Positions 19,412 through 27,510 of a stretch of DNA of 42,222 bases are shown here, one piece after another. Both the position numbers and the translations under genes were made by a program. How positions within the stretch are numbered: position 1 is the stretch's first letter; each line of letters opens with the position of its first letter. The notes below the pieces were generated by a model that was given only the letters and a program-made list of their open reading frames with translations, made no database searches and was not told the origin of the DNA. The DNA is from an uncultured Actinomyces sp. (GTDB lineage Bacteria; Actinomycetota; Actinomycetes; S36-B12). The stretch covers positions 1-42,222 of the forward strand of contig CAZLMT010000007.1 in the NCBI GenBank assembly GCA_964560615.1. Reading direction: 5' to 3'.

Positions 19412-20100
19412 GCGATCCCCTCGCCACACTCGCCAGACTGCCGGGCGTCGGCGAGGCCTGCGATGCGGCCCGAGAGGAGATCGACCGGCTGCTCTGGGAT
19501 CGCGGAGTCCGGGCGCGGGCATCCGAGATCGTCGCGGCCTCCGCCCTCACGGGCGCCCGTGATTCGGCGGCCCTCGAGGGTGCCGATCTCTCCCTCGACG
19601 TCGTGCGTGCGGGCCTCGATGATTCGCCACTCGGACGTGCAGTCGCCGCCTCGCTCGCCGTGACGACCGCGGTGCCCGGTCAGGTAGACGCCTGGCAGCG
19701 CGCACCGCTGCAGGTGCTCGCGCATCTGCATGCGCTCGCCGCGCGCGGCTTCGAGGTCGATGATGCGCTGGGGCGCCCGCGTCAGCAGGACGAGGTCATC
19801 GATCCCCTGCACACGGGCACGCCTGCACCCTGGGCGGTCGTGCCCGATCGTCTTGTCGCGCTGGCCGACGTGCTTCCGCAGCCCACTGCGGCACCAGCCC
19901 TGGTCGTGCTCGCGGGACGCGGCGTCGATCCTGACCTGCTCAGTTGTCCGGAGGCGGGCATGCTGTCGCTCGGACGCAGCTCCTATGTCGCGGCCCTGCG
20001 GGGCTATCGCTCAGGCGAGCCCGCGGGTGTCGCCGAGTGGATCCGGTGGAATGCCTCCGCCGTGGGATTCGGGGCCTCCGCTGACGCACCCCACCGCTGA
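19345..20100 (+). CDS. conserved hypothetical protein, possibly a degenerate Fido/Fic-like fold (start uncertain)
   Basis: This is the coding-looking tail of track ORF 18772-20100. It has an SAALEGA segment (Fic_N-like) and LHAL...GRPR, but no HPFx(D/E)GNGR motif. The only canonical in-frame start near the upstream stop is GTG at 19345, which gives a 67-nt overlap. Alternatively, CTG at 19408 forms a CTGA overlap. Confidence 0.5.
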   Translation: MARRPGPRGPAAARGPGGAVVLSDPLATLARLPGVGEACDAAREEIDRLLWDRGVRARASEIVAASALTGARDSAALEGADLSLDVVRAGLDDSPLGRAVAASLAVTTAVPGQVDAWQRAPLQVLAHLHALAARGFEVDDALGRPRQQDEVIDPLHTGTPAPWAVVPDRLVALADVLPQPTAAPALVVLAGRGVDPDLLSCPEAGMLSLGRSSYVAALRGYRSGEPAGVAEWIRWNASAVGFGASADAPHR

Positions 20101-20132
20101 CGTCGTCCCGTCAGGTTGACGTCGTCCCGTCA
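20098..20132. repeat. 16-nt perfect direct repeat (period 19) spanning both convergent stop codons
   Basis: tgacgtcgtcccgtca occurs at 20098-20113 and again at 20117-20132. The first TGA is the stop of the plus-strand gene. The last tca is the stop of the minus-strand gene. Each unit is itself a small hairpin, tgacg/cgtca. Confidence 0.85.
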
Positions 20133-21059
20133 TCCTGCGGGCCGCGGGGCGACCTCCGCGAGGTCGACCCCGTCATTGCGCGCAGGTGCGGACGGTGCCG
20201 TGGTGATCGTGTAGTTCCTGGGGACAGCCACCGTGAGGAGCCAGGGATAGGCCCGGCCTGCGACGATCGAGAAGGCGCGCACGCGCCCCACCAGTGAGGC
20301 CTGTGGCGTCATCTCGCCGGGGGATATGAGCCACCGCAGCTGCACACTCGCGAGATCGTCGGCGGTCTCCACCTCTTGCGTCTGCAGTCCTCTCAGCGCG
20401 GTCCCGTCGCGCGGCTGCAGCACTGATCGGTCCGCAGCCGAGGTCAACAGCGCATTGACGACGAGGGTCCGATCGCGGAAGAACACGTCGATGCGAGCCT
20501 CTGCCGCCGTGAGCGCGGGCGCGGTGCCACCCGGTGCGCAAAGCGAGAGCAGCGCGTCGCGGAGTTGCCCCCTCGCCGTTGCACTCACGGGCACGGGTGC
20601 GCCCGAGGCATCGACGAGGGGGGAATGGCTCGGCGGGTCCAGTGCCCCGCAGTCCGACGGCGTCACGATGACGTCGATGTCCGCGCTCTCGCCTGCGGGG
20701 ACGGTCACGACCTCGACGCCGCCCGCGACGTACGCATCCCCTTCGCCCGACGATGTGACGCGCAGGGTCCGCTGCGGGTCACCGGTGACCTCCGCGCGCA
20801 ATCGCAGCGCCCCCGCGACCAGGCCGCGCGGCCAGTCTTCGGGGAGGTCGGCTCCGCTGATGGCAAAGGGGCCGATCGCCTCGAGGGCGACGATCTCGAG
20901 GCGATCGGGACGCGCTGATTGCTGCGCCCACCACGGGATTGCAGCGGCACCGATGACGATGGCGAGGACGCCCACAGCCGCCACAATCACGATGCGCGTC
21001 GCCGCTCGCGTCCTACGACGGGGGGGACGGTCGTGCGCGCCGACTTCCAGGACGTCCAT
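20130..21059 (-). CDS. single-pass membrane protein, uncharacterised (paralog B)
   Basis: 309 aa. The cytoplasmic N-terminus is Arg-rich, followed by one TM helix and an extracytoplasmic domain of about 260 aa. It shares a motif skeleton with the upstream gene: WWA..RP, LRL..V.GDP, AD(I/V)D..V.P.DC, DAL...C, LRGL and AYPW. Its ATG lies 5 nt after the upstream stop. Confidence 0.7.
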   Translation of the reverse strand: MDVLEVGAHDRPPRRRTRAATRIVIVAAVGVLAIVIGAAAIPWWAQQSARPDRLEIVALEAIGPFAISGADLPEDWPRGLVAGALRLRAEVTGDPQRTLRVTSSGEGDAYVAGGVEVVTVPAGESADIDVIVTPSDCGALDPPSHSPLVDASGAPVPVSATARGQLRDALLSLCAPGGTAPALTAAEARIDVFFRDRTLVVNALLTSAADRSVLQPRDGTALRGLQTQEVETADDLASVQLRWLISPGEMTPQASLVGRVRAFSIVAGRAYPWLLTVAVPRNYTITTAPSAPARNDGVDLAEVAPRPAG

Positions 21060-21064
21060 CGCCG

Positions 21065-22003
21065 CTATCGAATCGACGTGGTGAGCGGGGTCATCGCGGG
21101 CAGATCATCGGTGACCGGGATGCCCACGATCCACGGGTAGGCCGTCTCTCCCCGCACGACGAAGACCTGCGAATACGCGGTGGGGACGTCGTCGTTGTGC
21201 TCGGCCCTGGGGGCGACCAGCCAGAGCAGGGGAATGCCGTCGCCCTTCTCTCGATCCGCCGAGCCGAGTCCACGCAGGCCTGGGCCGTCGAGAGGCGTGA
21301 CCACCAGGCGATCGGCCTTCGCGTCGATATCGACCACCAGGCCGATGGTTTCGAGTGGGGGTTCGCCACCTCGCCGCGCGCCCGTGACCGTCATCTCCGG
21401 TGGGGGTCCCGCACCGTCACAGGCGCGCGCGAGTGCGTCACTGAACGACGCGCGGGCTGGGTCCGAAAGCGGCACGATCGTGCCCTCCGTCGTGGTGAGC
21501 AGCTCGACGCCAAAGGCCCGACGCCACCGGTAGCCGGCCTCGTCAAGGTCGGTTCCCCCGCGTGCGAGCGCGCAGTCCACGGGTGCCACCGTGATGTCGA
21601 CATCCGCGTAGCCACCGCGCGCGATGGTCACCGCCGGTCCTTCCTCGACGTAGACGATCGCATCCGTGGGCGAGGGCACCACGTCGACATCGCCATCGGG
21701 GTCTCCGCCGACGGTGAGGCGCAGCGTGACTCCGGGGAGCGCGGCACCGGCCGGAGTCGACAGCGCGCCGATGGGTGGCTCCGCCACGATCGTGACGGGT
21801 TCATTCGCGACCACGGAAATCCCGACGATGGTGAGGGCATCCGAGACGGGCGGCCGGGCCGCCCACCAGGTCAACCCCGCGGCGACCGCGGCGATGACAA
21901 GTCCGATGGCGATGGCGCTGGTGACGATGAGGCCCATCGCGCGGGAGCTTTCGGCGCTCTCGGGACCGGTGTCGAGGACCTCGCTGCCCTCGACCCCCTT
22001 CAT
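21065..22003 (-). CDS. single-pass membrane protein, uncharacterised (paralog A)
   Basis: 312 aa with the same architecture and motif skeleton as 20130-21059. The start could alternatively be the internal MGLIV. Confidence 0.7.
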   Translation of the reverse strand: MKGVEGSEVLDTGPESAESSRAMGLIVTSAIAIGLVIAAVAAGLTWWAARPPVSDALTIVGISVVANEPVTIVAEPPIGALSTPAGAALPGVTLRLTVGGDPDGDVDVVPSPTDAIVYVEEGPAVTIARGGYADVDITVAPVDCALARGGTDLDEAGYRWRRAFGVELLTTTEGTIVPLSDPARASFSDALARACDGAGPPPEMTVTGARRGGEPPLETIGLVVDIDAKADRLVVTPLDGPGLRGLGSADREKGDGIPLLWLVAPRAEHNDDVPTAYSQVFVVRGETAYPWIVGIPVTDDLPAMTPLTTSIR

Positions 22004-22013
22004 GGGAAGCAGG

Positions 22014-22997
22014 CTAGGTGGTTTCCTCTGCCGGCGCCTTCTGGGTGATGAGCACTTTGAGGGCTAACGCGATCGTGACCCCCACGACGGTGGCAATGAT
22101 CGTGAAGGCGACGCGATCCTCGGCCACTCTGATGGCGTCGAGTCCGGGTGTATTGAGGAGGATTGCCGCCGGGGTGAGCACGGTGACGTACTCCCAGTAG
22201 GGGCGCTTGAGCGCGTAGCGCACCGTTAAGGCGGCGAAGAGAATGACACCGCCGATGACCAGGGCAAGCGTCGACTGGACGCCGGCGAGGATGAACACGA
22301 AGGCGAAGACTCCGCCGATGATCGTGCCGCCCAGTCGCTGGAGTGATCGGGTGAGGGTGTCGTGCGCGCTTGGCTGGAGCACGATGATCAGGGTGAGCAG
22401 GAGCCATGCGCCCTGGTGGAACTTCGCGTAGGTGAGCACGCCCCAGGTGGCGATGCCCAGGACGACGGCCATGGTGACGGCGTAGAGGAGTGCGGCCCGC
22501 GTCGTGAGTCTCTGGCGATCACCATCGCCGTGCCTGTTGCCGAGGAGCAATCGTGCGCTTCCCGTGGCCCACAGGCCGCCGAGGGTGAGGACCGCTCCCG
22601 TCATGAAGGCTGCCGGGACATCAGACATGCCGACCACCTCGGGCGGTGCGGCGAGCACGAAACTGATGAAGATCGGGACCATGAGCGCGGGGCTATGCAG
22701 TCCCTGCTTCGCCGAGAGCGCGCAGGCTCCGGTGAAGAGCCCGAAGAAGATCGCGCCCGCGATGGGGTGGGGATTGAGCAACGCGGAGATGGTCCCGGCG
22801 ACGCCCGCCACCACCGAGAGGATCACCGCGAGCCGCAGCCCGTAAAACGCGGCGACGATGGCGATCACGCCGCCGTAGACGAAGGCGGAGGCCAGTCCGC
22901 TCTGCCCGGCGATGCCCATGATGATGGGCGGCGTCATCAAGGAGATGGTGAGCAAGCCAATGATGAGAATGCGCTGACCGCGCGTGGCCTTGGCCAT
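22014..22997 (-). CDS. FUSC-like (aromatic acid exporter family) integral membrane protein
   Basis: Polytopic protein with the LQRLGGTIIGGVFAFVF segment typical of FUSC_2. The preferred start is ATG at 22997 (MAKATRGQR), which overlaps the HAD stop through TGATG. The track start at 23033 would add 12 residues inside the HAD gene. Confidence 0.7.
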   Translation of the reverse strand: MAKATRGQRILIIGLLTISLMTPPIIMGIAGQSGLASAFVYGGVIAIVAAFYGLRLAVILSVVAGVAGTISALLNPHPIAGAIFFGLFTGACALSAKQGLHSPALMVPIFISFVLAAPPEVVGMSDVPAAFMTGAVLTLGGLWATGSARLLLGNRHGDGDRQRLTTRAALLYAVTMAVVLGIATWGVLTYAKFHQGAWLLLTLIIVLQPSAHDTLTRSLQRLGGTIIGGVFAFVFILAGVQSTLALVIGGVILFAALTVRYALKRPYWEYVTVLTPAAILLNTPGLDAIRVAEDRVAFTIIATVVGVTIALALKVLITQKAPAEETT

Positions 22998-23794
22998 CAG
23001 ACCAGGCGCCTGTTGCGGGCTCGGGCATACCAAGCCAGTCCCAGGGCTGCAGCGCTCACTGCCGCTGCGGCCGCACCAGCCGCGACAGCCTGCTTCTTTT
23101 CGATGGCGAGACGGCTGCGCATCGACACGGGCCGCGCGAAGTCGACGATTGGCCAGTCGCGCTCACCAGCGATACGCCGCAACTCCGCGTCGGGGTTGAC
23201 CGCGGTGGGATGGCCTACCGCCTCGAGCATCGGCAGGTCCGTCACCGAGTCGGTGTAGGCGAAGGACTCCGCGAGGTCGTAGCCCCGCTCGGCAGCGAGA
23301 TCGCGCATGGCCTGAGCCTTCCCTTCACCGTAGGCGTAGAAGAGGATCTCACCGGTGTAGAGACCATCCTCGACGACGAGTTGGGTGCCGATCGCGACGT
23401 CGGCACCGAGCCGCTCCCCGATCGGCTCGACGACCTCGGTGCCAGATGAGGAGATGATGATGATCTCGCGTCCGGCAGCGCGATGACTCTCAATGAGAGC
23501 GACCGCCTCGTCGTAGACGGCGGGGTCGATGATCACATCGATCGTTTCCGCCACGATCTCGCGCACCTTGGCGACATCCCAGCCGGTGACCAGATCCGAC
23601 ATGTAGCGCCGCATCGTCTCCATTTGGTCGTGGTCAGCCCCCGAGGCAAGGAAGATGAATTGCGCATAGGCGCTGCGGATGACGTCACTTCGGCCGATGA
23701 GGCCGCCGCGGTAGAAGGGTCGAGCGAAGGCCAAGGCGCTCGACGTCGCCAGGATGGTCTTGTCGAGGTCGAAGAACGCCGCGGAGCGCGTCAC
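22997..23794 (-). CDS. HAD-IB family hydrolase (SerB-like phosphatase) with C-terminal TM helix
   Basis: 265 aa. Motifs are FFDLDKT (DxDxT), ISSSG and YTDSVTDLP. The C-terminal hydrophobic stretch is AVAAGAAAAAVSAAALGLAW. GTG start. Divergent from ssd, like Rv3661/Rv3660c (recalled). Confidence 0.85.
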   Translation of the reverse strand: MTRSAAFFDLDKTILATSSALAFARPFYRGGLIGRSDVIRSAYAQFIFLASGADHDQMETMRRYMSDLVTGWDVAKVREIVAETIDVIIDPAVYDEAVALIESHRAAGREIIIISSSGTEVVEPIGERLGADVAIGTQLVVEDGLYTGEILFYAYGEGKAQAMRDLAAERGYDLAESFAYTDSVTDLPMLEAVGHPTAVNPDAELRRIAGERDWPIVDFARPVSMRSRLAIEKKQAVAAGAAAAAVSAAALGLAWYARARNRRLV

Positions 23795-23856
23795 AGGTGC
23801 ACGCTACCGCTGAGGTCCGTATCCACAGGGCAGATGTCGCTCCTTTATCCCCAGTT

Positions 23857-23890
23857 GCGTCGGTGATCGAGCTTTTGCGCGATCCGACGC
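23857..23890. promoter_or_regulatory. inverted repeat / hairpin just upstream of the tad operon
   Basis: gcgtcgg (23857-23863) pairs with ccgacgc (23884-23890), and atcg (23866-23869) pairs with cgat (23880-23883). The loop is the 10-nt T-rich agcttttgcg. The structure ends 13 nt before the ssd ATG. Confidence 0.35.
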
Positions 23891-23903
23891 GCAGCCTGCC
23901 CCC

Positions 23904-24941
23904 ATGACAGATGAATCCCGTCCCCTGCTCATTACCGCGGATCCACTGCTCCTCGATGACGTGGTTCGGCTCGCTGCTGCCGCCGGCGTCGAGGTGGCCG
24001 TCCGGGAGGATCCTCACGCGTCCGCGTGGTCTCGTGCCCCCATCGTCTTCGTGGGTGACGACGTGCTCGTCACGGCTGCCGCGCGCGCACTGCCGCGCCG
24101 TGACTCTGTCGTCGTGGTGCGCCGGGGGAGCGGGCTCACCGACGACCACACTCCCGCCTCCACGTGGCAGGGCGCCGTCGCGCTGGGAGCCGAGCACGTC
24201 GTCGAGCTCCCCGAGGCGGGCCGATGGGTGGTCGATCGCCTTGCAGAGGTGAGTGATGCTGCCTCCCAAGGCGGCCCGGTCATCTCCTGCGTCCCGGGCG
24301 TGGGAGGGGCCGGGGCCACCACCCTGGCCGCGCTCCTCGCGCGTGAGGCACGCGGACTGCTCGTCGATATCGATCCCTATGGCCCGGCGATCCCTGTCGA
24401 TGGTGGCGTGCGATGGCCCGATCTCGCGGACACGCGCGGGCGCATTCCGCCGGCATCGCTGCGCACTGCGCTGCCGAGCGTCCATGGCGCCCATGTGCTC
24501 ACGGGCACCCCGGAAGCCCGCTTCACCGTGCCATTCGACGCCCTCAGTGCCGTGCTCGAATCGGGCGCGCGCGGATTCCCGTGCACGATTGTCGACGCTC
24601 CGCGCTGCGACGGCGACGCGACCCGCATTGCCTGGGCTCGCAGTGACGCGGTCATCATCGTGGTCGGTCCGCACCCGGCCACTGCCGCGCGCGTGCCCGC
24701 GCTCATCGATGGAATCCAGGAAGTGTGCACGCGGGTGGCGGTTGTCGCCCGCACGTCGCCGCGGGATTCGGGCGTGTGGTGCGCGGCCGAGGGTGCGCAG
24801 TGGCAGGTGCCCGTGTTGCCCGCCTTCCGTCACGACCGCACACTCGCCCAGGGAGACCATCCCTTCCTCACCCCCCGGTCGACGGCGCGTCGCTTCGCTC
24901 GGGCAATCCTCGACTCACTCGTGCCGGGAGCAGTGGCATGA
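23904..24941 (+). CDS. ssd: Ssd / CpaE(TadZ)-like septum-site-determining ATPase homolog with degenerate Walker A
   Basis: 345 aa with an N-terminal receiver-like domain and a ParA/MinD-like domain. The P-loop reads PGVGGAGATT, with no Lys. It is the first gene of the tad cluster and is linked to tadA by an ATGA overlap. Confidence 0.8.
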   Translation: MTDESRPLLITADPLLLDDVVRLAAAAGVEVAVREDPHASAWSRAPIVFVGDDVLVTAAARALPRRDSVVVVRRGSGLTDDHTPASTWQGAVALGAEHVVELPEAGRWVVDRLAEVSDAASQGGPVISCVPGVGGAGATTLAALLAREARGLLVDIDPYGPAIPVDGGVRWPDLADTRGRIPPASLRTALPSVHGAHVLTGTPEARFTVPFDALSAVLESGARGFPCTIVDAPRCDGDATRIAWARSDAVIIVVGPHPATAARVPALIDGIQEVCTRVAVVARTSPRDSGVWCAAEGAQWQVPVLPAFRHDRTLAQGDHPFLTPRSTARRFARAILDSLVPGAVA

Positions 24942-26101
24942 GTGCCGCGCTGGTCGACCGCGTGCGGCGCAGGCTCGTCGATGACGGGCTCACGCGCGCA
25001 CCTGATTCAGCGCGGGTCGCGGCCGCTCTGCGCGACGAGGGAGTGGTGCTCGGCGATGAGTCGCTGCTCGAGATTGTCGGCTCACTCAGGGATGAGCTTG
25101 GTGGGCTCGGTCCCCTCCAGGCCCTGCTCATCGATCCTCGCGTGACCGATGTCCTCGTCAATGGGCCGACCGAAGTGTGGATCGACCGCGGGCAGGGGCT
25201 GGAGAGAGCGGGCGTGGGGTTCGGCGGGGTCGAGGCGATCCTTCGCCTCGCACAGCGACTCGCCTCCCTGGCCGGCCGTCGGCTCGATGAGGCCTCGCCG
25301 TATGTCGATGCGCGGCTCACCGATGGCACGCGTCTGCACGCGGTCATCCCGCCCATCGCCTCGGATGGTCCGCTCATCTCGCTGCGCATCCCGCACCGCG
25401 GTGGCTTCGATCTCGACGATCTCGTCCGCCTGGGCACGGTCGACGAGTGGGGCGCCCAGTGGCTGCGCGCGATCATCGACGCACGGCTTGCCTTCCTCGT
25501 CAGCGGCGGCACGGGATCGGGCAAGACGACACTCCTCGCCACCATGCTCGAGGTGGTCGACCCAGCTCAGCGCATCCTCCTCGTCGAGGACTCCGCCGAG
25601 CTGAGACCGCGGCATCCCCACGTCGTCCGGCTCGAGGCACGGCCCGCCAATCTCGAAGGCGCCGGACTGGTGAGCCTCCGTGATCTGGTGCGCCAGGCAT
25701 TGCGCATGCGCCCTGATCGCGTGGTGGTCGGCGAGGTGCGCGGTGCGGAAGTGGTGGATCTCCTCGCCGCAATGAACACCGGCCACGAGGGAGGCTGCGG
25801 GACGGTCCACGCCAATTCCCCCGCCGACGTCCCTGCTCGGCTCGAGGCGTTGGGACTCATGGCGGGATTGCCGCGTGACGCGGTCCATGCGCTCATCGCC
25901 GCCGGCATCCACGTGGTCATCCACCTGCAGCGCTCACCGCGCGCGATCAGTGAGGTGCACCTCATCTCCAGGTCGCAGGGGGTGGCGTCCACGGTGCCGG
26001 CACTCGTGCGTCGAGACGATCGCCTCGTGCCCGGGGAGGCGGCGCCGCTCCTCGCAGGGCTCCTTCGCGCAGCCGGAGCGGAGGCGCCCGCGTGGCCGTG
26101 A
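24938..26101 (+). CDS. tadA: TadA/CpaF-family secretion ATPase
   Basis: ATG at 24938 lies in frame in track ORF 24725-26101. Walker A is GGTGSGKTT, Walker B is LLVEDSAE, and the His box is [12 protein letters not shown]. Confidence 0.92.
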   Translation: MSAALVDRVRRRLVDDGLTRAPDSARVAAALRDEGVVLGDESLLEIVGSLRDELGGLGPLQALLIDPRVTDVLVNGPTEVWIDRGQGLERAGVGFGGVEAILRLAQRLASLAGRRLDEASPYVDARLTDGTRLHAVIPPIASDGPLISLRIPHRGGFDLDDLVRLGTVDEWGAQWLRAIIDARLAFLVSGGTGSGKTTLLATMLEVVDPAQRILLVEDSAELRPRHPHVVRLEARPANLEGAGLVSLRDLVRQALRMRPDRVVVGEVRGAEVVDLLAAMNTGHEGGCGTVHANSPADVPARLEALGLMAGLPRDAVHALIAAGIHVVIHLQRSPRAISEVHLISRSQGVASTVPALVRRDDRLVPGEAAPLLAGLLRAAGAEAPAWP

Positions 26102-26772
26102 TCATTGCTGCAGCACTTGCGAGCTCGGCAGCGTGGCTCCTCGTCCGCCCCTCCCTGGGCACATCGTCGCCCGTGCCGTTGGCCCGACAGTGGATCGGCC
26201 GAGCGCGTCACCGGCTGCTGACCCGACGTCATCGCGCGCAACAGCGATCAACGATGCGCGAGGCGCTGGCCGAGGTGGTGGCCGACATGCGGGCCGGGCA
26301 GCCACCCTCGCGCGCATTGGAGCGCGCGCTGAGCGACCGTGATGCTGACCTGGCAACGCGCACCCTCGCGGCGTCGCGCTGGGGTGGTGACGTTGTAGAG
26401 GCCTTGCGCGAGGACTCCCGTGCGTCGTCGCTGCCCATCCTCGCTGCGGCAGCGGCATGCTGGAGCGTGGCCGCGAGCCAGGGGGCGGGGCTGGCCGATG
26501 CCCTCGATCGACTGGTGGCTCAGGACCGACGCGCGGAGGAAGTCCGGCGCCAACTCGATGCGCACCTAGCGGCTCCTCGGGCGACTGCTCGGATGCTTGC
26601 CCTGCTCCCTGCCTTCGGGATCGTGCTCGGGCTCGCCGTGGGAGGCGACCCCATCGGCTGGCTCGTGGGCACGCCCTTGGGCTGGGCCTGCCTTGGGCTC
26701 GGATTGCTGCTCATCGCCGCAGGCCTGGCCTGGGCCTCGCGCATCGTCGCGCGCACGGAGCGATTGCTGTGA
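26092..26772 (+). CDS. tadB: TadB-like type II secretion system F-family membrane protein
   Basis: 226 aa with an N-terminal TM helix, a helical T2SSF domain and C-terminal TM helices. The start is GTG at 26092, or GTG at 26098 which forms a GTGA overlap with the tadA stop. Confidence 0.8.
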   Translation: MAVIIAAALASSAAWLLVRPSLGTSSPVPLARQWIGRARHRLLTRRHRAQQRSTMREALAEVVADMRAGQPPSRALERALSDRDADLATRTLAASRWGGDVVEALREDSRASSLPILAAAAACWSVAASQGAGLADALDRLVAQDRRAEEVRRQLDAHLAAPRATARMLALLPAFGIVLGLAVGGDPIGWLVGTPLGWACLGLGLLLIAAGLAWASRIVARTERLL

Positions 26773-27458
26773 TCCTCCTCGCGGCGGTCAGTGCCGCCTT
26801 GGCCGCGTGGCTGTCCACGCGACCGGCTCCCCGGCGCAGGCGATCACGCGGGCCCATGTCGCAGGAGGGTGTGATCCGGATCGCCTGCGCGTGCCTAGGA
26901 GTGATCACCGCCCTCGTTGTCGGCGGCTTCATCGGAGTGGGCGTCGGACTTGCCCTCGCGCTCCTCGGACCCCGCCTGCTCATGCGCATGGAATCCCGAA
27001 CCCAGCGCCAGCGTCGCGAGACTCTCGAGCGGCAGGCACCCGCGGCGGCCGACCTGCTCGCGGCGTGCCTCGCGGCGGGAGCGACTGCCGTGGATGCCGC
27101 GCGCGCTGTGACCCACGCGCTCGGCGATCCGATCGCGACACCTCTCGGACGGCTCACGGGTGCCCTTGATCTCGGGGCCGATCCAGCGAGTGCCTGGGCG
27201 GGGCTGGCAAGCGAGCCATCACTGCGCCCGATTGCCCGGGCCGCTGCGCGCTCAGCCGAGACGGGCGCACCGCTGGCCGCACTACTCGCCTCCGTCGCGG
27301 ACGATCAACGCGACGAGGCGCGAGCGCGGGCCGAGGCCACGGCGCGCGCTGCCGGTGTGCGCTCGGTGGCACCCCTCGCGGCGTGTTTCCTACCCGCCTT
27401 CCTGCTCCTCGGCATCGTGCCGGTGGTGGCGAGCCTTGCCCTTCCCCTCTTGCAGTGA
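26769..27458 (+). CDS. tadC: TadC-like type II secretion system F-family membrane protein
   Basis: GTG at 26769 forms a GTGA overlap with the tadB stop and lies in frame in track ORF 26457-27458. The architecture is TM, helical domain, TM. Confidence 0.8.
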   Translation: MILLAAVSAALAAWLSTRPAPRRRRSRGPMSQEGVIRIACACLGVITALVVGGFIGVGVGLALALLGPRLLMRMESRTQRQRRETLERQAPAAADLLAACLAAGATAVDAARAVTHALGDPIATPLGRLTGALDLGADPASAWAGLASEPSLRPIARAAARSAETGAPLAALLASVADDQRDEARARAEATARAAGVRSVAPLAACFLPAFLLLGIVPVVASLALPLLQ

Positions 27459-27461
27459 CAT

Positions 27462-27510
27462 CTCTCCACTGATGCAGCAGCTCTTCACTGATGCAGCAGC
27501 GTGCTCACTG
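27462..27510. repeat. 19-bp tandem repeat (2 copies at 18/19, plus a partial third) in the tadC / beta-propeller convergent spacer
   Basis: ctctccactgatgcagcag (27462-27480) is followed by ctcttcactgatgcagcag (27481-27499). tcactg then recurs at 27505-27510, which is the Gln-stop of the minus-strand gene. tadC itself ends with cagtga at 27453-27458, the reverse complement of tcactg. Confidence 0.8.

Noticed and set aside
23795-23903. 6C sRNA (B11-like), expected by synteny between the HAD phosphatase and ssd.
   Set aside because: I could not fold two hairpins with loops of six or more cytosines on either strand. Only one modest C-containing loop candidate exists. I did not call it, and a covariance-model search is needed.
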